Source of the DNA: Octopus sinensis
Taxonomy: Eukaryota
Direction of reading: 5' to 3'
Assembly (NCBI RefSeq): GCF_006345805.1
Contig: NC_043011.1
Location: 47,132,464-47,196,463, forward strand
DNA length: 64,000 bases
Position 1 is the first letter of the stretch. Each line of letters opens with the position of its first letter. Below are positions 50,576 to 62,593 of this stretch, piece by piece. A program made the translations under genes and the position numbers. The notes below the pieces were generated by a model that was not told the DNA's origin, did no database searches, and worked only from the letters and a program-made list of their open reading frames with translations.

Positions 50576-51015
50576 ATATATATATATGTGTATATATATG
50601 TGTTTGTGTATATATATATATGTGTGTGTATATATGTTTATATATATATACACACACATATATATATATATATATATGCGTGTGTGTATGCATGTGTAAG
50701 TATGTGTGTGTGTATGAGTGTACACAAACATTCATAAACTTACATTACAAGTAAAGAGCTAGGGAATTTTCTCCTCGTCTCTCTTCCTCTCTAGTCCTCT
50801 CTCTTTCTGAATAGATGCATATGAATGAATTTATTCACACACACACACACATACACATACACACATATATGAACAGGAATATGAATATATATATATTTTA
50901 ACTCCAAAGTTGATTTAGAAATTGCTCAGGGGCCTTGAGTTTCATGTATAATCATCATCATCATCATCATCATCGTTTAGCGTCCGTTTTCCATGCTAGC
51001 ATCTTGTTGAAAGTA

Positions 51016-51590
51016 TTGGGTTGCCTGGAAAGTTCATGCTGATTTATAGTAGCTTACCTTTCAACTTATTTTAGAATATGTTTGAGTCCACAATATAGAA
51101 TTTGACTACACCTCCATTTAGAGCACAGTTTAAGCTGTCTTTTCATGGAAGAAGGTTTATGTTCCTATAACCTGTGTTAATTCTGTAACCCTTTAAAATG
51201 GAAGATAAGAAAGTTCATTTTCGGCACTTGATGCTTTTCTTTTTCCGTAAAGGGAAAAATGCCTCACAAGCAACCAAAGAAATATGCACAGTTTACGGTG
51301 ATGTTTCTTTATCCGAATGAAACTGTACGGAAGTGGTTCGCAAGGTTCTGGGCTGGAGATTGCAGCCTTATTGATAAAGAGTGATCAGGCAGACCATTCA
51401 CTACAGATGATGACCAAATAAAGTCATTAATTGAGAATAACTCACATTGTACAACCCGAGAATTGGCAGAAAGCCTCAACCTATCAAAATCTGTCTTTCA
51501 TGAGCACCTGGTAAAGCTTGGAAAATGGCAAGTATTTATTGAACTTTTTCTTTCCTTTAAAAATCAGCACAAACTTTATGGATAACCCAA
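51016..51590 (+). mobile_element. Internally deleted mariner element
   Basis: TA|ttgggttgcctggaaagttcatgctgattt ... aaatcagcacaaactttatggataacccaa|ca (TIR pair, about 30 bp). Confidence 0.85.
51198..51525 (+). pseudogene. Mariner transposase N-terminal HTH fragment
   Basis: MEDKKVHFRHLMLFFFRKGKNASQATKEICTVYG.. / TVRKWFARFWAGDCSLIDKE*SGRP..DDDQIKSLIE...TTRELAESL..S...HEHLVKLG; catalytic domain absent. Confidence 0.85.
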
Positions 51591-51636
51591 CAGTAATTAG
51601 AATATCTTCAGTCTCACCAAAGATTTGACAACTTCC

Positions 51637-51861
51637 TTAACCCTTTGGTATTCATATTACTCTGTCAAATGCAATACCTATTTATTCACATTTTATAAAA
51701 TTAATTCTGTATTATGTAGCTTTGATATTTTGAAGATATGATTGTTTATTTTTAGAATGACATTGCTGCGCAGGTGTGAGAGATCTGATTTGGTCAGCTT
51801 TAGCATAAAACAGATAGAACATTTGGGCCAGATATGTCCGGTTTAAATGCTAAAGGGTTAG
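51637..51861. mobile_element. piggyBac-type MITE
   Basis: ttaaccctttgg ... gctaaagggttag; homologous to 14090-14315. Confidence 0.8.
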
Positions 51862-52009
51862 GGCTGTTACCATGAAAAATATACCCACTGTACACTATAA
51901 AGTGGATTGTAAATGAGTGGAGAAAATGTAGAAATGTGAGGTTCTTTTAATCTTGTATAACTGAGGACCTATCAACTTCTTTAGTGTAGGTGCCATGAGA
52001 AAATGCACT

Positions 52010-52170
52010 TAAAACACTCTGTAAAGTGGTTGGTGATGAGAAGTGCATCCAGCTGTAGAAATCAACCAAAATGTTGCGTACATGCACCAGTCAGTGATAA
52101 CAGTTGCTCCCAATAAGAAAGGAGTTGGACTGTGACAATCTGTTTAACCCATGCTTGCATGGAAAGTGTA
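52010..52170 (+). mobile_element. Diverged family D 3' end
   Basis: aaacactctgtaaagtggttgg..gcatccagctgtagaaa...tttaacccatgcttgcatggaaag. Confidence 0.6.
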
Positions 52171-52469
52171 CATGAACTGAAGAAAGACATGACACTTGAG
52201 ACCGCAAGGCAACTTCAAAATACTTTAAAACTAGAAATGCATCTGGGAATCCAACAGAGGGCAGCACTGGATAGATATGGGAAAATTTACACCTTTTTAC
52301 CGTAAGAGAGAATGTTTTCTTCACAGTAACTGCTTTGAATTTGCCTTTAGAAGTTGAAATATATCTAAAACATATTTCAACTAAGCTAAAGTTTACTTAT
52401 AAATAAACATATGTAGAGGCATATATTGATTTTATTAATATTGAGCAGAAGCAACAGAGTGAGCCAAGA

Positions 52470-52657
52470 GCCAGCTCAGTTGCTTAAACATGCTTCCCAA
52501 CCACATAGTTCCAGGTTCAGTCCCACTGTATGGCACCTTGGGCAAGTGTCTTTTACTATAGCCTCAGGCCAACCAGAGCCTTGTGAGTGGATTTGGTAGA
52601 TGGTACCTGACACCTTTGCATCTCTATGACAACATTACCTCTTATTACCTATATATA

Positions 52658-52693
<36 letters not shown>

Positions 52694-52703
52694 AATATAT
52701 TAG

Positions 52704-52736
<33 letters not shown>

Positions 52737-52975
52737 ATATATATCTAATATATTTACATATTTATGTATGTGTGTGTCTGTGTTTGCCCCCTGCCATCGC
52801 TTGACAACCGATGTTGGCGTGCTTATGTCCCTGAAACCTAGCAGTTTGCCAAAAGAGACCGATAGAGTAAGTACTAGGCTTACAAAGAATAAGTCCTGAG
52901 GTCGATTTCTTTAAAACCTTTTAACGCAGTGCTCCAACATGGCCGCAGTCAAATGACTGAGACAAGAAAAAGATT
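52470..52975 (+). mobile_element. SINE family B with rearranged centre
   Basis: ccaggttcagtcccactgtatggcaccttgggcaag...; 3' half tttgccccc...gactgagacaagaaaaag. Confidence 0.8.
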
Positions 52976-53785
52976 AAATAAATACTCACATTTTGAGTTC
53001 TGTTTTGCCTGGCTGCACTTACTTGCCTTGAGGCAAATATATACAAAAAAATAGATTATATGCATATGCGTTTATGTGTGTGCGGGCACTTAATGGTTTA
53101 TCGAATCCTATTATTCTTCAATTTGTAAATCCAATGTACTTTTATGCACATACACACACACACACATACATAGATACAAATACATTGCTGATCCATAAAA
53201 TATGGAACACTTACAAATATTTCTTCGTTAATTATCATTATTTTTTCTTTCTGCAAACAAACGTTGAATTTTTAGTGAAATTAAATATCATTCATTGTTT
53301 TCAGATTAAAAAAGAAACCATAATAGAATTTAAGTTTATGCCTAACCAAAATGAAATAATCGATGCCTGTGGCATGATTTTTCTTGTAGATTTGTATTTT
53401 TCTCTCTTTAATCCGCTTAATCATACTGCTAGCAGCTTTCTCAATAAATCCTAACTCTAATTTGTGCCATTATTCCTGAACAGCCACAAATAAAATAAAT
53501 ACTTTTGCTGGTTATACAATTTCTTGAGTTCAGATTGGAGCTACCATAAATTTTTAAGTGGAGAGATGGTGGTCATTTCTGGAGAGTATCATAGCCAAAA
53601 CGTAATCTCAGTTTCATGATTTGCAATAAATTCTTTTACTAATTTGTCAGAATTAACAAAAGTGATTTTGTAATGATGTACTTTATGTCTGAGGTATTGT
53701 AGTTGTTGTTTAACCACGGGCCATTTCTAATCGAGTACTATTGCTAAAGCTGTTGCAACTATGATCATCCCGTCTTTTATTTAGG

Positions 53786-54095
53786 TGTCCAACCCATGCC
53801 AGCATGGAAAACACATTAAAGGATCATCATCATCATCGTTTAATGTCCGTTTTCCATGCTAGCATGGGTTGGACAGTTCGACTGGGGTCTGGAGAGCCAA
53901 GGGGCTGTACCAGGCTCCAGTCTGATCTGGCAGTGTTTCTACATCTGGATGCCCTTCCTAACGCCAACCACTCTGTGAGTGTAGTGGGTGCTTTTTATGT
54001 GCCAGGCAGGGCTGGCCATGGCCACGATCGGTTGGTGCTTTTTACGTGCCACCAGCATGGAAGCCAGTCAAGGTGGCGCTGGCATCGGCCACGAG
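53786..54095. mobile_element. Two family D 3' ends tail-to-tail (53786-53822 plus; 53824-54095 minus)
   Basis: tgtccaacccatgccagcatggaaaacacattaaa-ggat(cat)nc-gtttaatgtccgttttccatgctagcatgggttggaca. Confidence 0.8.
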
Positions 54096-54129
54096 GATGA
54101 AGATGATAATGATGGTGCTACTGTATACA

Positions 54130-54548
54130 TGTGTGGCTATGTAGTAAGAGATTTCTTCCCTACCACATGGTTCTGAGTTCAGTTCCCCTACATGGCTCCT
54201 TGGACAAGTATCTGTTATTATAGCCCTGGGCCAAACAAAGTTTTGTGAGTAGATTTGGTAGATGAAAAGTGAAAGAAGCCTGCTATGTATGTGTGTGCAT
54301 GAGTCTCCACCTTAATAATAATAGTAATAATAATGGTTCAAATTTTGGTGCCCGTCCAGTAATTTTGGGAGAGGGGTAAAGTCAATGACATCGACTCCAA
54401 TGCTCAACTGGTATTTATTTTATCGATCCTAAAAGGATGAAAAGTAAAACTGATCACAGCAGAATTTGAACTCAGAACGTAAAAACGTGCAAAATACCAC
54501 TAAGCATTTTGCCCAGTGCGCTAACGATTCTGCCAGCTCACCACCTTT
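54130..54548. mobile_element. Family B 5' half (54130-54300, plus) and family C variant (54335-54548, minus)
   Basis: gtggctatgtagtaag...gaaagaagcctg; ggatgaaaagtaaaact..gaatttgaactcagaacg...tgccagctcaccacc. Confidence 0.7.
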
Positions 54549-54549
54549 A

Positions 54550-54587
<38 letters not shown>

Positions 54588-55884
54588 TACTAATATTAAA
54601 ATTAATGATAATTTCTAACATAGGTACATGGCTACAGATTATGAAGAGTAGTGTTAAGTAGAGGGGAATATGAAATTAATGATGTCCATGACAGGAACGG
54701 TAATAGTTATGATTGTAACTTGGATATGGGCGGTTGTAAAAACAAAGACAATGATTAGAATGATGGTGATGATAACACGACAGGAATAATGATGACGATG
54801 ATGAGAATGCTGGGGTGGAGGGTGATCATGATCAGGATCCTCCTCCTCCTCCTCCTCCTCATCATCATCATCATCACAAACTTTATATAGGCTAGTTGCT
54901 TTCATGATGATGAATATAATAACTGATGATATTGATGATCATTACAGGGATGATATTGGTGGTGGTGGTGGTGATGATGACAACAGCGATGATCAAGTCC
55001 CGATGTGTCTCTAGTGGCCAGCTACATTTACACATGTTGTTTGAAGACAAACCATTATCGCAAATTCAGCAACCAATCTCTACATTATTAGATCTACAGA
55101 AATATGTCCCCTGGGAAGCATTAGTAACACAGACCTGATTGTTTCTTCTTAACACTGCCGTTGTGATGCCAAGGAAAAATTACCCACAATTATTTGCTCT
55201 GCAGCACGTCATTTCACAAATTACACACTGATGGAACCAAATTTCACATATTGTGGACATTAATTCTTTTGATCTATTGTTCTTTTTTTGTTGATGTTAT
55301 TGTAGCAAAGCACCAGGTCAGGCAGCTCTAATCCAGCGGACATCTCCTCAAAGACATCCAACCGTAACCACCTCGTCTTTTATATTTCGTTCCAGACACT
55401 ATGTATTTAGAACTATTTTATCTGAAGTGTTATTTTGCAAGACACAATAGGCTTGATCTGAAGGAGATTTGGTTGCTATTTCTAGCAAGTTGAATTGCTA
55501 CACTGAAACAACTTCTACGGCTATAAGGGCGATGTCACATGTCAGTTATTAATGTTCGTGTTGTTGTTTAGCCCCAGGTCAGCCCTGATTCAACAGGTAC
55601 TGAGATGAAAAACATTTAAGCTGTGACCATCTTGTCATTTCTTTCTGAACAAAATACTTCATTTTTCATTGTTTCTGTCCACTGATCTGGGAAAAGTTAG
55701 TAATTATGCAATGGAGTGGCATCCCATCCAGGGAAAAATATCTTTCTTAAAAGAACAAAATCTTGAAATCAAAGGTGATAATTGTGAGTACAGATAATTA
55801 TCCTTGGTGCTAATAACTTTACTGTTGTCTTTTACTGTGCACTGAAAACCTTTAGTGATGCTCACGATCCATTCTCACTTTATG

Positions 55885-56185
55885 GAGGCACATGGCCTAG
55901 TGGTTAGAGCAGCGAACTCGCAGTCGAGGGATCATGGGTTTGAATCTCAGACCGGACAATGTGTGTGTTCATGAGTGAAACACCTAAGCTCCACGCGGCT
56001 CCAACAGAAGGTAATGGTGAACTTCTGCTGACTCTTTCACCACAACTTTCTCTCACTCTTTCCTCCTGCATCTTGCAGCTCACCTGTGATGGACCGGTGT
56101 CCCATCCAGGTGGGGGAGCCTATACGCCAAGGAAACCGGGAAACCGGCCCTTATGAGGCAGGCATGGCTCAAGAAGGAACAAACA
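55885..56185 (+). mobile_element. tRNA-derived SINE, head H2 + tail T3
   Basis: ggaggcacatggcctagtggttagagc; H2 core cacctaagctccacgcgg...ctttctctcactcttt; tail gatggaccggtgtcccatccagg. Confidence 0.8.
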
Positions 56186-56280
56186 AAAAGCAACATTCTC
56201 ACTTTGTATATTCCACATTTAACACAGTATGGGTATCTTAGGGGACTAGGTACTGCCATAACAAGGGAAACACAAATGTG

Positions 56281-56601
56281 TTGTAAGCAGTAGAAGGATT
56301 TTATTCTCAAGATTAGCTATAGAAGAACAGAGGGCTTAGGGCTTGTAGGACCAGGAAGATGGTTAACCAATTCAGGAAAAGGCAGGGTTGTAAGCAGTAG
56401 AAGGATTTTATTCTCAAGATTAGCTATAGAAGAACAGAGGGCTCAGGGCTTGTAGGACCAGGAAGATGGTTAACCAATTCAGGAAAAGGCAGGGTTGTAA
56501 GCAGTAGAAGGATTTTATTCTCAAGATTAGCTATAGAAGAACAAAGGGCTCAGGGTTTGTAGGACCAGGAAGGTGGTTAACCAATTCAGGAAAAGGCAGG
56601 G
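56281..56601. repeat. 107-bp tandem repeat x3, near-identical
   Basis: ttgtaagcagtagaagg at 56281, 56388, 56495; only a few substitutions between units. Confidence 0.95.
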
Positions 56602-57249
56602 TTTATCAATGCATACAAAACATGCAAGGCAGAGAAAATGCTAATGGAATATAAAGACAAAATGTTAGAATAAAATGCTTTCTGCTATTGCAAAGCTAGT
56701 TATGTTTTCTTTGGCAATGTTTTACAACGGTATATATATGTATGCTGTAATATTTTCACCATAAATGACTGTTCTTCTTGTCTGATTTCCTGCTTTATGT
56801 TCAACTATACTGCTAACATGCTTTGTGTAAAATGTTTTCTGCCATTGCTAAGGGGCTTTTGATTTTCTTGTCATATTTTTTTTTTCTTCTTTCTTCCTTG
56901 CATTCATGTGTATGATATTTTCGTAATAAATGGCTGCTCTTCTCATTGGATTTCCTGATTTACCGGTATTTTTATTTCTACTGGTAATTTACTGATACAA
57001 AGTATTTTCTGTGAAAGCTAAACCCATACCAGAATGAAAAGCAGGCATAAAAAATGGGCTGCTGCTGCTGCTGACGATGATGGTGATGCTGATTATGATG
57101 ATAATGATGATATATTAAATTGGTGAAAATATTTACAAGCATAGTTTTAATAAACATTTGGTGTAACAGTGAAAATAGTAATCATAGTAATATGTGTAGT
57201 AGTATGTGTGTGCATGTATTTGTTTGTGTGTGAATGCATGTATGTATAC

Positions 57250-57810
57250 AGAAAGCTTCTTTACAGTTTCTTATTTCTTTATTGCCCACAAGGGGCTAAA
57301 CATAGAGAGAAATGTTTGTGTGTCTGTGTTTGTCCCCCCTAGCATTGCTTGACAACCGATGCTGGTGTGTTTATGTCCCCGTCACTTAGCGGTTCGGCAA
57401 AAGAGACCGATAGAATAAGTACTGGGCTTACAAAGAATAAGTCCCGGGGTCGATTTGCTCGACTAAAGGCGGTGCTCCAGCATGGCCGCAGTCAAATGAC
57501 TGAAACAAGTAAAAGAGTAAAAAGAGTATAGAGGGGACAAACAAGGACAGACAAAGGTACTAAATATATTACATTGACCCTAGTGCATAACTGGTACTTA
57601 ATTTATCGACCCTGAAAGAATGAAAGGCAAAGTCTACCTTGGTGGAATTTGAACTCAGAATGTAACAGCAGACAAAATACCACTAAGCATTTCACCCGGC
57701 GTGCTAACGTTTTTGCCAGCTTGCCATCTTTACAGTTTCTGTCAACCATATTTTCACTCATAAGGTTTTGGTGAACCCAAGGCTGTGGAAGAAGATACTT
57801 GTCAAAGGTT
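57250..57810. mobile_element. Triple nest: old B 5' half > family C (57272-57726, minus) > young B 3' half (~57311-57528, plus)
   Basis: TSD tctttacagtttct at 57258-57271 and 57727-57740; atagag repeated around the inner B. Confidence 0.8.
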
Positions 57811-58519
57811 TCATCATTTGAAGTAAATTCATAAAAAGTTAAAGCAATGTAAACTCTGTAATCAGAGAGTCTTGACTATACACACTCATATAACAAGTTA
57901 TATGAGGTAGGCTGTTGAATAGTTGTGTGTGTGTGTGTTGGGCTATCATAGTGTCTAAAGACATTATCTGCAACGAGCTAATTGAGTCTCTAAGTCACTA
58001 CACAACTAGCTTCAGAGAGAAGCCAAATCTTCTTTGCCAGTTAGCCTGTAGGCTAATCGACCAGCATGAAACCAGTGAGACTAGAAATTAAATGCAAATC
58101 CCATTACAATTTCTGTGTGCGTGTGTGTGTGTATTTCTCCAAAGAAGGTCTAGAAGAGGCCCTTTGACGGAACTAAATTTATAGAACTGAGTGTCTTTGT
58201 TTTAACTCTTCAAGGCCAGCAGTACCTTCTCAGAATAAATTTCTCAGTTCCATTAGAAACTAGAGTATTTGGAGAAAATTTTCTTTTTTTCATCTAGTTT
58301 CAGCACACGAGCTGTGGCCATGCTGGGACACCGCATTGAAAATTTTTGAAATAGAATTACAGCTTGAATTTTGATAAAATCTGTTGATGCAGTACAATGA
58401 CTGTTGGTGTATCTTGTGATTGCTTTTACCTGCTAAGTAAGTGTTTTCACATAAATTTAAAAGGTATCAAGTTTATAGGCATCATTTTCCTAATGGAATC
58501 CCTCATAAATAAATAAGGT

Positions 58520-58609
58520 ACATGCGAGGCCGTATGGTAAGAAGTGGACAAGCGTCCAGCCAAAGCCTTGTAAGTGGATTTGGTAGATGGAATATGAAAA
58601 AAGCCTGTC

Positions 58610-58640
<31 letters not shown>

Positions 58641-58850
58641 TGTGTTTGCATTTATCCCTACCACCACTTGACAGCTGGTATTGGAGTGTGTATGTCTCCA
58701 TAACTCAGCGGTTTAGCAAAAGGGACTGACAGAATAAGTACCAGGTTTAACAAAAGTACTGGAGCCAATTTGTTTGACCGAAAATTCTTCAGGGTGGTGT
58801 CCCAGTATGGTCGCAGTCTGATGACTGTCAAAAGTAAAAGGTAAAAGAAT
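58520..58850 (+). mobile_element. Old SINE family B copy
   Basis: aaagccttgtaagtggatttggtagatgg...gtcgcagtctgatgactg..aaaagtaaaagg. Confidence 0.7.
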
Positions 58851-59543
58851 AAACAGCTGAGAACCACTGATTTAGACCACAAGATACCATTCCTAGAAAT
58901 TCTACCTTTATTGATATTAAAACTATCTTTATCAGAGACATACTGCAGTTTTCCTCTTCGTAATCTGATAATCTGATAGTTCTCAAATCTTCTTCCTAGT
59001 TCCAAGTTCTCTTATTCTCAGGTATTGTAAAACTAACGACTTATTAAGGTCCAAAACTTTTTGCATCAGTTTAACCAGTTTAGGAGGAAAAGCTTTAGAA
59101 ATCATAGGTACTGCCTCTCACCCACTCACTGGATTACGAAAAAGAATAAAATGTGTGTATGTGTGTGTGTGTGTGTGTGTGCGTGCGAGGTTCATAAAAT
59201 CAAAGAACATAACCAAAATATAAATGTTACAATGAAGAATATAAAAATGATTTTGGAAAAAATTGAAGAATATAAAATGTAAAAAAGAACAAGTCTTGGA
59301 AATACAGATATATTATGATGATCGTATTTTCAAAGATTGCTTCAGTATCAGATTTTTATAAATATATTTTTATCTTATGTTCCGAGAATTAGTTCCTTGC
59401 AAAAAGACAAAGCATTTCCCTGTATATATATATATACACACACACATATATATATATATGTATGTATAAGTCTCTCTCTCTCTCTCATTATATATATATG
59501 TGTATATACACTCACACACATTCAAATATATGAATGTATTATG

Positions 59544-59575
<32 letters not shown>

Positions 59576-60169
59576 ACCAGGCATGCATGTACATACATAA
59601 ATACATACATATATATATCTTAACCAGAATCATATCTTGAAAAAATATTTTTTCCAGATCCATGATTTAGTATAAAAAATATTGATACAAAAAGAAATAG
59701 CAAAAAAAATAGAAATTCAGATTTTTTAAACTTTAGTTTAAATCAGAGATTAAAGCAAAAAGTTAAATGACATAAAATGTAATAAAATGACTAACATAAG
59801 TACCATTTAAAAAAAAAAAATTTGTCATTTTAATATATATAATCTAGAATATTGACTAAAATCCCACATTCACTCTGTTTGAGGTAGATTTTTTAAGAAA
59901 TAAAGACCAACTAGAGGTATGAGATATTGTAACCCCAAACATAAAGGCAAGAAATAAAAGCGACCAGTGAGATTTTCAAAGTAATTTTTCAACTGCTACT
60001 TTTTATCACTTAAACGTGTGTGTGTGCGTGTGTAATTGTGTAGGCTCATGCATGAATTCCAAGTTATATTTGTGTAAATTATGAGCATGAACATTTAAGG
60101 ATAGGTATAAAGCTACACACACACACATACATGTATACGTATATACACACCTACCAATGATGATGGCAC

Positions 60170-60541
60170 TCCGTCGGTTACGACGACGAGTGTTCCAATT
60201 GATTCGATTAACAGAACAGCCTGCTCATGGAATTAAGGTGCAAGTGGCTGAGCACTCCACAGACATGTGTACCATTAACGTAGTTCTTGGGGAGATTCAG
60301 CGTGACACAGAGTGTGACAAGGCTGGCCCTTTGAAATACAGGTACAGCAGAAACAGAAAGAAAGAGTGAGAGAAAGTTGCAGTGAAAGAGTACAGCAGGG
60401 TTCACCACCACCCCTGCCAGAGCCTCATGGAGCTTTAGGCGTTTTCACTCAATAAATACTCACAATGCCCGGTCTGGGAATTGAAACTGTGATCCTAAGA
60501 CCGCGAGTTCCATACCCTTACCAATGGGCCATTGCGCCTCC
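60170..60541 (-). mobile_element. tRNA-derived SINE, head H2 + tail T1
   Basis: 60173-60345 is homologous to 4640-4815 up to aaataca(a/g)gtaca, then switches to the H2 reverse complement gaaagagtgagagaaagttg...ccattgcgcctcc. Confidence 0.85.
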
Positions 60542-60846
60542 ACATACACACCTACACTCATTACATATACATATATATACTCTCACATATACATATGTAC
60601 TTATCTTTACAAACACTGACATATGTATATTAATTTGTATACAGTCAGCCATATATATGCTTGCATGCATTCATGCATGTGTGTTCTTTCTCTTTTTGAT
60701 TTAGGGTAACTTTTGACTGGTCACCTACTTCATATCAACGTATGTTTGTGTGTGCAAAAACTAAGCCAGTGGTTTGTTGCCCTACCAAAATTTATTTTAT
60801 AGTGTATCAAACCACCTGCATATTGTAGAACACATGAACAGAATAT

Positions 60847-61280
60847 ATAGGCACAGGAGTGGCTGTGTGGTAAGTAGCTTGCTTACCAACCACATGGTTC
60901 CGGGTTCCTTCCCACTGCATGGCACATTGGGCAAGTATCTTCTACTATAGCCTCGGGCCGACCAAAGGCTTGTGAGTGGATTTGGTAGATGGAAACTGAA
61001 AGAAGCCCATCGTATATATGTAAATATATATATATATTTACATATATATGCATGTGTGTGTGGGTATATGTTTGTGTGCGTGTAATTGTCCCCTCAATAT
61101 CACTTGACAACCGATGCTGGTGTGTTTACGTCCCCGTAACTTAGTGGTTCGGCAAAAGAGACCGATAGAATAAGCACTAAGCTTACAAAGAATAAGTCCT
61201 AGGGTTGATTTGCTTAAGTAAAGGCGCTGCTCCAGCATGGCCGCAGTCAAATGACTGAAACAAGTAAAAGAGTAAAAGAG
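60847..61280 (+). mobile_element. SINE family B, full length
   Basis: ataggcacaggagtggctgtgtgg ... aagtaaaagagtaaaagag. Confidence 0.9.
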
Positions 61281-62485
61281 AATGGGTAGCTCTTTCAAAA
61301 TTCTATCCAGCTACTCAGCATCAAATTTGTTGCAGTTACTGCACAAATGAGGAGTGTTTTATTGATCTCTATACTCATCTGAACAATCATAATTTGATGG
61401 GGATAGATTAGAAACACACTGTCCTAAAGATAATTGATCTAAACAATTACTGATGGCTCTATATGGACAATGGCAAAGTTGTTTGTTTAGGATGTTTGCT
61501 CTACAGTCATGCAATTTTGGATTCAATCTCACTATCTACAGCATCTTGAGAATGAGTCTTTACTTGTAATGTTGTGCTGAATCAAGTCTTTGGTGTGGAA
61601 CTGGATTGTTAAAAAAATGTGTAAAGTCTTGTCAGTTAAAACAGTAAATCTACTGAGTTGTTTCATCGTACCTTCAACACCACTAATACTGTCTGAGGCC
61701 CTTCAAAAGGTCATAGCATTTTCACTTAATCCTCTGACTCTGTCACTAGAAACTAAATCACTTCATAAAAAAAAGGAAAAACTCAAGCAGTTGACTGTCT
61801 ATCACGCTTGCATGAGATAAATAAATCTTGATTGAATAATTGAATCATTGATTCGTTTATTGATTGAGCGATCAAAATATTTGTCTGTAGATTTGAATTT
61901 CATCATGTTTGAATATCTGCTTGTTATGCTCTTAAAAAAAACATTATATTCAAAGACATTATAAATTTTACCTCCTATTTTTTTATCATTTTCATTAAAA
62001 TGTACATTTAAATTCAACCTACCTAAACCAGGTCCTTTTTATCTTTTGAATGTTTTGTCATATAACTTAGTTTGGCTTCAGGTGAAACATTTTGAAAATT
62101 TCGTGCTGTGAACTTACCTAAAAAGAAAAAAAATGATAATAATAATAATGAAAAATGGAAATAAGAAAATCAATAGATATACAAATAATATTAATGACAA
62201 AAACACCAACAAAAGTCAAATATACAAGTCAATGTTACCATTAAGGATTGAAAGACAAAATCCAGTCCTAAAGTTATATAAACATATAATTGTATACATA
62301 CTAATAAATGTTAATCTTTTATCTAAATCATAAAATATGCTACATTTACATTTTAGTATCCAGTCAAATGCAAGATCAAGAACAGTGAACCCTCGCCTGC
62401 AAAAAAAGTCTCTTAAAGATGAAATTTAAACTTCAAGACCAAAACAGTAATTTATTATAAGCTATACAGCAATGAGTTTGTAAAA

Positions 62486-62590
62486 TTAACCTACTAGCAT
62501 ATAAACCAGTCACATCCAGCACTAATATTCTATATGCTTTGTATTATAAAAATAGCCAGATCTAGCATCTCATACCTACCCTAGGGTGTC
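62486..62590. mobile_element. Partial piggyBac-type MITE (opposite orientation to 14090 copy)
   Basis: ttaacctactagcatataaaccagtcacatccagc...ctcatacctacccta. Confidence 0.6.
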
Positions 62591-62593
62591 AGT

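Noticed and set aside
56238-56342. TTAGGG occurrences
   Set aside because: Isolated hexamers, not tandem telomeric repeats.
42717-56601. CRISPR-like interpretation of the 96-bp and 107-bp arrays
   Set aside because: No unique spacers, eukaryotic context and no cas genes.
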